A stretch of DNA of 44,818 bases from a virus (taxonomy: Duplodnaviria; Caudoviricetes), in the IMG/VR virus record IMGVR_UViG_3300035673_000078, positions 1 to 44,818 of that record. One strand, 5' to 3'. A model generated the notes under the pieces. The model had not been told where the DNA came from. It did not search any database and saw only the letters and a program-made list of their open reading frames with translations. The translations under genes and the position numbers were made by a program. Shown here one piece after another: positions 1 through 7,892 of the stretch. The stretch's first letter is position 1; every line of letters begins with the position of its first letter.

Positions 1-174
1 GAAACCGTCAAGACCGAGTTCGGAGCAAAAACCCTGGGACTGGACAGCAAGACCCACCATCTCTTCGTGGATACTGCTGATTTCGGTCCGGCCGCAAAAC
101 CCACCGCAGACCGGCCCCGCCCCCAGCGGACTGCAATTCCCGGCACATTCCACGTCCTGGTATATGGCAAATGA
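1..174 (+). CDS. 3' end of a host gene, probably a YncE/YVTN-type beta-propeller protein (partial)
   Basis: Frame 1 is open from base 1: ETVKTEFGAKTLGLDSKTHHLFVDTADFGP...IPGTFHVLVYGK, stop TGA 172-174. Resembles C-termini of YncE-like proteins. Lies outside the att repeat. Confidence 0.7.
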   Translation, partial: ETVKTEFGAKTLGLDSKTHHLFVDTADFGPAAKPTADRPRPQRTAIPGTFHVLVYGK

Positions 175-214
175 GTGAAGTCGCGCGTGCGAGGAGCGCA
201 AGTGATTGAAAGAT

Positions 215-290
<76 letters not shown>

Positions 291-311
291 GGGCGGATCT
301 GTCAGTTGTTC

Positions 312-479
312 TTACGTGGAACGCTTGGGCCTTTTTGAACGGCTTCGAGCAGCACGGCGCGGAACATTCCAATATGGCGATTTACACTTCCCGCAGCGCG
401 TAGGGTTCTCTCTGGCTGAGTGAAAACCCTGGTCGCACCGAAGGCAGCGAAATGGGCGAAGAATGATCTCACCGGTCAT
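312..479 (-). CDS. 55-aa Zn-ribbon protein with basic tail (not in ORF track); candidate directionality factor or regulator
   Basis: Hand translation MTGEIILRPFRCLRCDQGFHSARENPTRCGKCKSPYWNVPRRAARSRSKRPKRST; CxxC-x13-CxxC followed by SPYWN; a promoter-like sequence lies just upstream. Confidence 0.8.
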   Translation of the reverse strand: MTGEIILRPFRCLRCDQGFHSARENPTRCGKCKSPYWNVPRRAARSRSKRPKRST

Positions 480-490
480 GCTCGATTCCA

Positions 491-520
491 ACTATGCACC
501 AAGGTGTCGAATGTTGTCAA
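491..520 (-). promoter_or_regulatory. Putative sigma70-type promoter reading into the Zn-ribbon gene and tRNA-Lys
   Basis: Minus strand TTGACA (520-515), 18-nt spacer, CATAGT (496-491). Confidence 0.6.
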
Positions 521-527
521 CCACAAA

Positions 528-1736
528 CTAGCCTTTTTTTTGCTCGTTTATTTGCGGCGAGTTAGGCGCGCTTTCAGCCGCGATATCCACGTCTTCCACA
601 GTTTGCACAATGGGCCGTGGACGCGGGAACTCAAGGGTCTTCATGGCTTCCTGCTTGGGACGGCGCCGGATGGACGAATAATCCTTCCACTCCTGCTTGC
701 TGACGTGGCCGGCACTTTCAATGATCGTGCGCTCGCTGATTTCCGGGTTCTCCAGGAGCCGGGTGAGAGCGATGTGGCGCATGTGGCGCATCTGCAGATC
801 AGGCATGCCGGCCTTTTCGCGGAGCTGGTCCCAGGCGGTGCGCCATGATCCCATGGGCTTATTCAGATCGTAAGGATGGCCGCTGTTGAGGGTGCGACCA
901 GGCAGGATGTAATGCTCAGGATCGGGCTGGACTTTGAGCATACGGCAGATGCGGTAGTACCGCTTCAATATGTGCCCCAGAGCCCAGAAAGCGTTTTCAT
1001 TGAGTTCGGCTACGCGATCGCGATGCTCGTTCTTGAGACCATCGCGTATCCGCATGGTGCGCTTGGCCAGGTCGATGTCATTGAGGTGGAGGTGGCAGAC
1101 TTCACCGCGGGCGGAGCAGGTGCTGATTTGGAGCATCGATCCCCAATAGGCCACGCGCCAGCGAGCATTAGAACAGGCAACCATGAAAACGCGCGCGAGA
1201 TCTTCGTCTTCGGGGACTTTGTTCTCCAGCTTCTTCTTGGGCAGCTTGGGCGGTTTGTAGTCGACCTTGATGGGCTCCCAGAGGCCGCCGCGATCCATGA
1301 TCTGGCTGAGCATGCTGATCTCTTTACGCACTGAGTTGGGGCCAACCAGCGCGTTGAAATTCAATACTTCCACGCCGGGAAGCTCGCGCTGCTGCGAGGT
1401 TGTAACCTTGCGCGGCATTTGCAGCCGCATATCCACGTAACACTGCACGTGGCCGATGTGTATTTCATTGAGCGGGAAGTCGCCGAAGAACATAAGCAGC
1501 GGATTCAGCATATAGCCATAATCGCGCAGCATTTTTGGGCCGATGCCCTCTTTGTGCTCTTTTAACCAGAGCGGAGCAGCATGCTTGAAATACAGGAGAC
1601 CAAACTTCTTGGGCTCAAGCTTGTCTTCGCGGGCCGCATTGCAGACTGGGCAGTTAATGCGTCCGTTCGAATCGGGGCGGTGATCGTGACCTAAGGGCAA
1701 TTTGACTTCCCGGGGAGGTCCGTATGTTTGGGCCAA
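528..1736 (-). CDS. int: Tyrosine recombinase / phage integrase
   Basis: 402 aa; box I-like STCSARGEVCHLHLNDIDL, GLKN, HMRH (HxxR), AGHVS and catalytic Tyr in KDYSS; adjacent to the att site. Confidence 0.92.
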   Translation of the reverse strand: MAQTYGPPREVKLPLGHDHRPDSNGRINCPVCNAAREDKLEPKKFGLLYFKHAAPLWLKEHKEGIGPKMLRDYGYMLNPLLMFFGDFPLNEIHIGHVQCYVDMRLQMPRKVTTSQQRELPGVEVLNFNALVGPNSVRKEISMLSQIMDRGGLWEPIKVDYKPPKLPKKKLENKVPEDEDLARVFMVACSNARWRVAYWGSMLQISTCSARGEVCHLHLNDIDLAKRTMRIRDGLKNEHRDRVAELNENAFWALGHILKRYYRICRMLKVQPDPEHYILPGRTLNSGHPYDLNKPMGSWRTAWDQLREKAGMPDLQMRHMRHIALTRLLENPEISERTIIESAGHVSKQEWKDYSSIRRRPKQEAMKTLEFPRPRPIVQTVEDVDIAAESAPNSPQINEQKKG

Positions 1737-1782
1737 TGGCAGCTCTTTCTAAAAGGGACTGCCAAGGGGGCGGTGAGTCAGA

Positions 1783-1812
1783 TTAGTACAGCAACTCGGA
1801 ATAGATTGTCAA
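1783..1812 (-). promoter_or_regulatory. Putative integrase promoter
   Basis: Perfect TTGACA on the minus strand (1812-1807) in an AT-richer intergenic region; the -10 match is weak (TGTACT/TACTAA). Confidence 0.4.
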
Positions 1813-2083
1813 GCCATCGCGCGGAGATGCATCTAGATTACTAATTACCAACCATTTTCGGAAACTAGAACGGCATTGCATTCAGCCTGGGGCAACTAGC
1901 GGATTGTAAAGTGTTTCGATAGATCACCAGGTACAGGGACTTTAGGAAAGTAAACCATTGCATGGAGCGGTCGGAAAAGAACGGAGCGACGGGCCCAACC
2001 GCCGCCCCGATTCCAGTGCTTGGCGCCCTGGCGGGTGCCAATCGGAGCATAGCACGGCTAAGAATTGCTAACAAATTTTGTCG

Positions 2084-2113
2084 TTGACGCGGGCGGGTAC
2101 TCTGGATTAGGGT
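2084..2113 (+). promoter_or_regulatory. Putative rightward (late-region) promoter
   Basis: TTGACG-N18-TAGGGT upstream of the first rightward ORF. Confidence 0.4.
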
Positions 2114-2217
2114 CAAGGCTCCTCCCACATAGCTTTATTCCTTCCCAAAGCTGCACCGGTCCGCGCCGCGGTGACGACACAGGCGTGGCATTCGCATCTG
2201 ACGGCGGTAGCTCACCT

Positions 2218-2559
2218 ATGTCCAGGAATAAAGTCTGCGTGCTCCGGGATCCTCTGGAGATTGAAGCTCTTTCCAGGTTGGAGTACTTCAAGCACGCGAT
2301 TCTAGCCCGCTACATCACGAATGCCGAAGCATCGATAGAATTCCAGCCTTTTGCGGGCAATCTGCCCGATTGCGATCACCACATCCACAAGACCAAGCGC
2401 GAAGCCAACCGGCTGGAGCGCCAGGGCTGTCTCCATTTTCTGCCCGGATTTGAGGACCATTACGCGCAGGAGCAGAAGCGCGATTGGAGCGTGTTGCCGC
2501 GGGCCTGGCAGAAGCGTCCGAGCGGCGGTGTGCACGTGATGCAGCTGGTGGAAGCGTGA
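2218..2559 (+). CDS. Hypothetical phage protein
   Basis: Part of ORF 2065..2559; the ATG at 2218 lies downstream of the putative promoter; GTGA overlap with the next gene. Confidence 0.6.
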   Translation: MSRNKVCVLRDPLEIEALSRLEYFKHAILARYITNAEASIEFQPFAGNLPDCDHHIHKTKREANRLERQGCLHFLPGFEDHYAQEQKRDWSVLPRAWQKRPSGGVHVMQLVEA

Positions 2560-2885
2560 GATGGCTGAAATATTTCAGTCGGAAGCGCTCGACCGAGCGG
2601 TCAGCAATTAGTCGCCTTTCTGGGACAGGTATTTGCGCGATCAAATTTGGAGACCAGCAGGTTTTTCCAGTCTACGGAGCGAGCGGCGGACTTCAGGCCG
2701 CAAACATCGCGTACCTGACGGTAGGAGCTATTCCTCGGAACTATGGGGGAGATTTGGGCCGCAGTGAACGCTGCCCAGGATTCACGATTCGAGATGGCAT
2801 CGCTGCTGTCGAGTGGATCCCGAACACAGATCCTTGGCCGTTGTTCGAGAAGGCAGTACAGGCACTGAGAGGGATGCATGGCTGA
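2556..2885 (+). CDS. Hypothetical protein containing a major-capsid-like segment
   Basis: GTG start overlaps the previous stop; contains FGDQQVFPVYGASGGLQAANIAYL, 14/24 identical to the capsid segment encoded at 18481..18552. Confidence 0.6.
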   Translation: MRWLKYFSRKRSTERSAISRLSGTGICAIKFGDQQVFPVYGASGGLQAANIAYLTVGAIPRNYGGDLGRSERCPGFTIRDGIAAVEWIPNTDPWPLFEKAVQALRGMHG

Positions 2886-3273
2886 GAAGATCACGATCAA
2901 GGAAGTGAAGTTTGCGCAGAAGGCATGCGCGGATGCATCGGCAAAGACGAAGGAAGCCGACAACCTGAACGAGATCAAAGCCGCCGCGATGATGGGAATA
3001 TTTGAACGGCTGCTGGGTGTGAAGTCGATGGACGACGTGGCGCGCTGCTCGCCGGCGGACATTGCCGGGATCGCCAAGCGTCGGCTGAAGCGCGGCGACG
3101 TGGAGTTGGAAGGCTTTGATCTGGAACTGCTGTTGAAGGTGATCAAGCAGAGCCAGTGCAAGCGGAACGTGAGCTGGAAAGACGAGTTCGTCAAGGCGCT
3201 GGGTGAGTCGAAGGCGACAGAGATCATCAACTCGACGCCGGAGCGGTACAGCTACAAAGCGGTGATGGTGTGA
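2878..3273 (+). CDS. Hypothetical phage protein
   Basis: 131 aa, RBS-like GAGGGA, GC3-rich codons, overlaps neighbours. Confidence 0.75.
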   Translation: MAEKITIKEVKFAQKACADASAKTKEADNLNEIKAAAMMGIFERLLGVKSMDDVARCSPADIAGIAKRRLKRGDVELEGFDLELLLKVIKQSQCKRNVSWKDEFVKALGESKATEIINSTPERYSYKAVMV

Positions 3274-3407
3274 ACAGAAAACGTTTCAAAGCAATCCGCG
3301 CGCTGGCAAACATCCTGAAGAAGCGGTACGGCTATCGTCGGCGGGAACGCTGGCAGATCGCAAGGATGCAGTACGAGCGGCAAAGAGCTGGAACCGCCAC
3401 GCGGTAA
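3270..3407 (+). CDS. Small basic protein, 45 aa (not in ORF track)
   Basis: GTGA overlap with the upstream stop; MNRKRFKAIRALANILKKRYGYRRRERWQIARMQYERQRAGTATR; fills the gap. Confidence 0.5.
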   Translation: MNRKRFKAIRALANILKKRYGYRRRERWQIARMQYERQRAGTATR

Positions 3408-3478
3408 CAATCGAGGAAACCCTTGATGGATGCTGATAAAGCGAGAGCGAAGCGGCGGCATGAGAGGTTTGGGGAGCT

Positions 3479-4138
3479 GTGGGCCTTCGTCGGCGGCCGC
3501 GGCGCGAAAGAATTGGTTGTGCCCGTGAATGCGGACACAGCGCCGGCGTTGGAGGGATTTTGGTCCCTGGTGAATTACAGGCTGAACGAGGCGCCGGCAA
3601 GGGTAAGAAGGTATCGTCGACCAAGAAAGCTGAAAGGCTGGCACTCTTCGTCGCTGAATACCTGATTGACATGAATGCCACCCGAGCGGCGATCCGCTGC
3701 GGGTATGCGGCCAACTCTGCCGCGGTGACAGCCAGCCGGCTGATGAAGGATCCGTGGGTCAAAGCGGAGCTGAGACGCGCGCTGCAGGAACGCAAGAAAC
3801 GGTTGAAGCTGACTGCGGAACGGTTCGATGAAGAAGTGGCCAAGCTGGCTTATTCGAACGTGCTGGATTACTGGGACCGCGCAACCGGTGGAATCAACCT
3901 GGCGGCGGTGGATCGGGACCAGGCAGCAGCGATCTCAGAGCTGAAGGTCAACACTATCGAGCTGCCGGCGCACGGTCCGGCTGACCAGTTTGGGAACGGG
4001 CCGGTGCTGATATCGCGTACGGTGAAGTTCAAGACTCACAGTAAGCCGCAGGCGCTGATGCTGATGGGGAGACGGCTCAAGCTGCTGAAGGAAGAAGTTG
4101 AGCTGAAGGGCAAAGTCACTCTCGTGGTGGACATGTGA
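3479..4138 (+). CDS. terS: Terminase small subunit (start possibly TTG 3560)
   Basis: FVAEYLIDMNATRAAIRCGY...ASRL signature of HTH-type TerS; directly precedes TerL; GGAGG lies just upstream of TTG 3560. Confidence 0.9.
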   Translation: MGLRRRPRRERIGCARECGHSAGVGGILVPGELQAERGAGKGKKVSSTKKAERLALFVAEYLIDMNATRAAIRCGYAANSAAVTASRLMKDPWVKAELRRALQERKKRLKLTAERFDEEVAKLAYSNVLDYWDRATGGINLAAVDRDQAAAISELKVNTIELPAHGPADQFGNGPVLISRTVKFKTHSKPQALMLMGRRLKLLKEEVELKGKVTLVVDM

Positions 4139-4139
4139 C

Positions 4140-5834
4140 ATGGGCCTGGTTGTCGCCGATCGCACTCTCCGGCTCTCTGAGCTGATCACGCCACATGAGC
4201 GGCAACGCGCATGTTTAAAGGCGCTGGAAGAGTTCTCGTACGTTCTTTACGGTGGCGCGGCGTTTGGAGGCAAGAGCCACCTGGCGCGATGGTATCCCGT
4301 GATGCTGGTGGTGAAGTGTTTTGCTCTTCACCAAGTGCGGGGAGCGAAATCGTTTCTGTTTTGTGAAGACTTTCCGGCATTGCGAGCGCGGCACCTGAGC
4401 GTGTGGGACGTCCCGAAAGAGCTGGGCACGATCGGCAAGAGCGAGACGGAAGGCCTGCGCTTCAAGCTGGTGGACGAGCTGGGCGGCGGCATGGTGCTGC
4501 TGGGCAACCTGGACGATCCCAGCAAGTACGACTCGGTTGAGTTTGTTGGCGGCGCGGTTGATGAATGGACGCGCAATCGGTGGGCGGTATTTGACCACAT
4601 ACGGAAGAGGCTCAGAGCGGCGATCATTGCCGGCGAGCCGCATTTGCCGTGTGGCGGACAAGCGGCCAGCAGGCCGTTATATCAAGGCGGCAAGCTGATC
4701 CGGGAAGCGGTGAAGATCCCGTGCCCGATCGAGCTGCACCACACGATTCCGGCGTGGAACTTCACGATCCTGAAGACCACGAACCCGGGCGGTGAGTGCC
4801 ACGCGGAGACGAAGCGAGTTTATGTGGATCCGGCGCGCGGGGACTGGTCAAACTTTCCCAGCGAGCTGGAGCCAATCAAGCACAAGTTCTTCTTTGTGCC
4901 GGCGCTGGTGAGTGACAACCCGTTTGCTCCGGAAAGCTACAAGCGGGACAACCTGGACACGCTGCCGGAAAAGATGCGCAAGGCATATGCCGAGGGAAGC
5001 TGGGACGAGTTTGAAGGGCAGTACTTCTCAAACTTTGACCTGGCGAAACGGCAGCTATCGCCGGCGCAGATTGCCGAGCTGGTGAACGAGTGGGACCCGC
5101 GGTGGGGAAGCTGGGACTGGGGCTTCACGCATCACGGCGTCTTTCAGTGGCATGTGGTCACGACGGTCACACCAAAGCAGGCGGCGGAAATACTGGGCCG
5201 GGCGGATGGCGAAGGCAATCCGCTGTGGCTGGCTCCGAAGAAGGTGATGGTCACCTATCGCGAGCTGGTGAAGAGCGGGCTGTCGGAACGAGCGTTTGCG
5301 GAGCAGATAGTCACGGCCACGCCGGTGCAAGAGCGTGGGCAGCTCAATCACATCTTCCTGAGTCCGGAAGCTTTTGGCGAGCGCAAGGCGCAGTTCAAGA
5401 ATTCAATCGCGGATGAGGTGGGCGAGGTCCTGACCAAAGCAGGCATGCCCTTCCCGACGCGAGCAGATAACGGCCGAATCAACGGTTGGCGATTTATGTA
5501 CGGCCTGATCGATCGGGATGAGTGGTTTGCATCGGCCAGGTGTCCGGTGCTGCTGAACGCGATCCCGGTGCTTAAGCACGTGGATCCGAACAAGGGCGAA
5601 ACGGGCGACGAAGAAGACGTCCTGAAGACGGAAGACGTTTCCGACGATGCCGCGGACTGCTGGCGATACGGCGGGAAGTCAATGCTAGCGCCGGGGAAGA
5701 AGCCGCTGCATGCCGAGCGGGCTGAGCTGCTGAGTCAGTTCGCCGATCCGCACGCGCAAAGCATGGTGGACCGCATGTTCATGGAAAAGCAAAAGGGCAA
5801 GCGGACCAGGTCGATCAATTTGAGGCGCAGATGA
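4140..5834 (+). CDS. terL: Terminase large subunit
   Basis: Walker A YGGAAFGGKS, Walker B GAVDEW, TTNPGG coupling motif, nuclease DWGF and DDAADCWRY. Confidence 0.93.
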   Translation: MGLVVADRTLRLSELITPHERQRACLKALEEFSYVLYGGAAFGGKSHLARWYPVMLVVKCFALHQVRGAKSFLFCEDFPALRARHLSVWDVPKELGTIGKSETEGLRFKLVDELGGGMVLLGNLDDPSKYDSVEFVGGAVDEWTRNRWAVFDHIRKRLRAAIIAGEPHLPCGGQAASRPLYQGGKLIREAVKIPCPIELHHTIPAWNFTILKTTNPGGECHAETKRVYVDPARGDWSNFPSELEPIKHKFFFVPALVSDNPFAPESYKRDNLDTLPEKMRKAYAEGSWDEFEGQYFSNFDLAKRQLSPAQIAELVNEWDPRWGSWDWGFTHHGVFQWHVVTTVTPKQAAEILGRADGEGNPLWLAPKKVMVTYRELVKSGLSERAFAEQIVTATPVQERGQLNHIFLSPEAFGERKAQFKNSIADEVGEVLTKAGMPFPTRADNGRINGWRFMYGLIDRDEWFASARCPVLLNAIPVLKHVDPNKGETGDEEDVLKTEDVSDDAADCWRYGGKSMLAPGKKPLHAERAELLSQFADPHAQSMVDRMFMEKQKGKRTRSINLRRR

Positions 5835-6145
5835 ATCGACGTGATGCACTTAAAAGTCTGTGCGTTCTAGCTGGTTCGGCACTCTTGCCAATCGCTCTGA
5901 TTGATTTTGAAGGCGAACCACGAATTTACGACCACAGCCTACAGGCCGCAGGCTGGTCCTGGGACGAGAGTGGGTTGATGTCCCGCAATGGGCAATCGTT
6001 CTTCCCGATGTATGCACAGGACGGCAGTTTAATGACCGGGATACATTCTGGCGTGTTCGCGGCTTACTACTATCGTGGCAATGGCGTCGTCGAATGCCTG
6101 ACAAAGACCTATCCAGAAATCCGCGATTTGATGCGAATGTCATGA
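5831..6145 (+). CDS. Hypothetical protein with twin-arginine-like N-terminus
   Basis: MNRRDALKSL followed by a hydrophobic stretch; ATGA overlaps at both ends. Confidence 0.65.
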   Translation: MNRRDALKSLCVLAGSALLPIALIDFEGEPRIYDHSLQAAGWSWDESGLMSRNGQSFFPMYAQDGSLMTGIHSGVFAAYYYRGNGVVECLTKTYPEIRDLMRMS

Positions 6146-6585
6146 GCTGGGGAGATTCAGTTGATCGCGTAATGGAGATGAGGCGGCGGACTGCGCTGGA
6201 GCGGGAGAAAGCGGAGCTGATCGCGATCTTGCAGGAGCTGGAGAAGCGCTGCCAGGTGGTGGTGAATCGCGATGTGTCGGCGGTGCTGAAAGATGTGCCG
6301 TCATGGAAGTCTCAGCCGGGATCGGACGAGGTCCGCAAGCAGCCGCGGTTCCGTGGCGGGATCAGGACGTGGCAGGAGAGCAAACGCCAGCTGGAGAAGA
6401 AAGCCCGCGCCGGCAGCGAGAAGCTGAAGCGTCGCACACAAGAGATTGAGCAGGTGATGAGCGGCACGTTCGGAGCATTGCATGCAGCCTCGGCGGCTCC
6501 GCCGCAGGATTCAGGCAATTCAAGCAATTCAGAGAGTCGACAAAGTTCAGAGACAAACGAGGAGAAATCAGATGGATCAGCTTAA
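6142..6585 (+). CDS. Hypothetical coiled-coil protein
   Basis: In-frame ATG at 6142 overlaps the previous stop (ORF 6094..6585). Confidence 0.65.
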   Translation: MSWGDSVDRVMEMRRRTALEREKAELIAILQELEKRCQVVVNRDVSAVLKDVPSWKSQPGSDEVRKQPRFRGGIRTWQESKRQLEKKARAGSEKLKRRTQEIEQVMSGTFGALHAASAAPPQDSGNSSNSESRQSSETNEEKSDGSA

Positions 6586-7312
6586 GTTTGGCGAGCCGGT
6601 GGAGTGGAAAGGCAAGAACGCAACCATCGTGGGCATCAGGCAGATTGGCACGGGCACGGTGGTGGACCTGCTGCTGGTGAAGGAAGTCAGGAACGGCGCC
6701 GACCTGGTGCAGAACGTGATCGGCACAGCCCGCCAGGTGGAGCTGGTCCACTTTGAGCATGACATTCCGGCCGAGGAAATTGAGCGCGCGGAAGACTGGT
6801 TCTTCTCGCTGGACGACGAGCAGCTGGACAGTCTCTTAAAAGAGAAAGCCCGGCGCGATCATGAGAAAGAACAGGCCTTGCAGGCCGCGGCCACGCAGGC
6901 CGACGAGAAGCAGTTGCTGCAGGACGTGAAGATCCGGCCGAGCGACCGGGTATTGCAGACTGCGGAAAAGTTGTGGAAAGACGCGATCCGCAGAGACAGC
7001 CATGCCGACGAGCATGAAGAGATTGAGCTGCCCAGCTTTGAAAGCAAACCTGAGCTGTGGAAGCCGTGGATCGACCAGGCGAAGAGCGTGGTGTCGATGG
7101 CGGACCGGAGCGCCAAAGTCGAGACGATCAGCGGCGGACAGGCGCAGACCAAGGGCTTCAAACCACCCATCGGCGCGGTTGGCGGTTTCTTTAATCCGCC
7201 GCCCGCAGACACGAGCCCGCTGCCGACAGCGAAAGAGGGCGACGAGGCTGAGCAGGCGAAGGGTGCCGATCCGAAGGATGATTCCGACAAGGGATCCGGC
7301 TCGATCAAGTAA
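6572..7312 (+). CDS. Hypothetical acidic phage protein
   Basis: GAGGAG RBS before ATG 6572 within ORF 6482..7312. Confidence 0.75.
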   Translation: MDQLKFGEPVEWKGKNATIVGIRQIGTGTVVDLLLVKEVRNGADLVQNVIGTARQVELVHFEHDIPAEEIERAEDWFFSLDDEQLDSLLKEKARRDHEKEQALQAAATQADEKQLLQDVKIRPSDRVLQTAEKLWKDAIRRDSHADEHEEIELPSFESKPELWKPWIDQAKSVVSMADRSAKVETISGGQAQTKGFKPPIGAVGGFFNPPPADTSPLPTAKEGDEAEQAKGADPKDDSDKGSGSIK

Positions 7313-7433
7313 GTGGGCCGCGGCGACGCAACGCCACCAGGCTGGTTTGCGCCGTTCCTGAAGCCTGAAGACCAGGAAGAGCTGATCGCGCAGGCGTACA
7401 GAGACGCGCCGAAGATCAGGAAGGACAAGAATT

Positions 7434-7892
7434 ATGGGCTTCAAAGGAAAGTCGGGAAAGTATTTTGCCAACCCTGCGATCGGACGGCAGCACGAGCGGG
7501 AGTCATCGGCGAAGCAGCCGGAGCCGCAGGAGTCAAGCGCGGCCGAGGACGGCCACGGCAGCAACGTGCACTCGGTGACGATGCACCATCCCGACGATCC
7601 GAAGAACCCGTCTCCGGGGAGCCATCACTCGGTGACGCGGCAGGCTGACGGGAACGAAGAGCATGCGGACCATGCGTCGGCCGAGGAGATGCATCAGCAT
7701 GCCGGCGACGCGATGGGCGTGGGCTCTGATGATCACGAGCTGGGCGGTCCGGAAGAAGAGGATCCGGACGCGACGGAAGAGATCTGTCCGGAGTGCGGCG
7801 CGGAGATGCAGGGCGGAACGTGTCCGGAGTGCGGTTACAGCGCGGACAAAGGCGCGATCGCCGGGCAGCACGAGGAAGAGGAGCAAGTTTAG
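7434..7892 (+). CDS. His/acidic-rich protein with C-terminal Zn ribbon
   Basis: CPECG-x7-CPECG; His-rich middle; AAGGA upstream. Confidence 0.75.
   Translation: MGFKGKSGKYFANPAIGRQHERESSAKQPEPQESSAAEDGHGSNVHSVTMHHPDDPKNPSPGSHHSVTRQADGNEEHADHASAEEMHQHAGDAMGVGSDDHELGGPEEEDPDATEEICPECGAEMQGGTCPECGYSADKGAIAGQHEEEEQV

Noticed and set aside
2646-2717. Diversity-generating retroelement template/variable repeat pair with the capsid gene
   Set aside because: Differences are not adenine-specific, DNA identity is low, and no reverse transcriptase is present.
3423-3665. 80-aa ORF overlapping the TerS 5' region (possible gene or frameshift partner)
   Set aside because: It has an RBS-like GAGGA but overlaps TerS extensively, and no slippery site or motif was seen; cannot be supported.
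7313-7648. 111-aa ORF overlapping 7434..7892
   Set aside because: Two-thirds overlaps a better-supported gene in another frame; unresolved.
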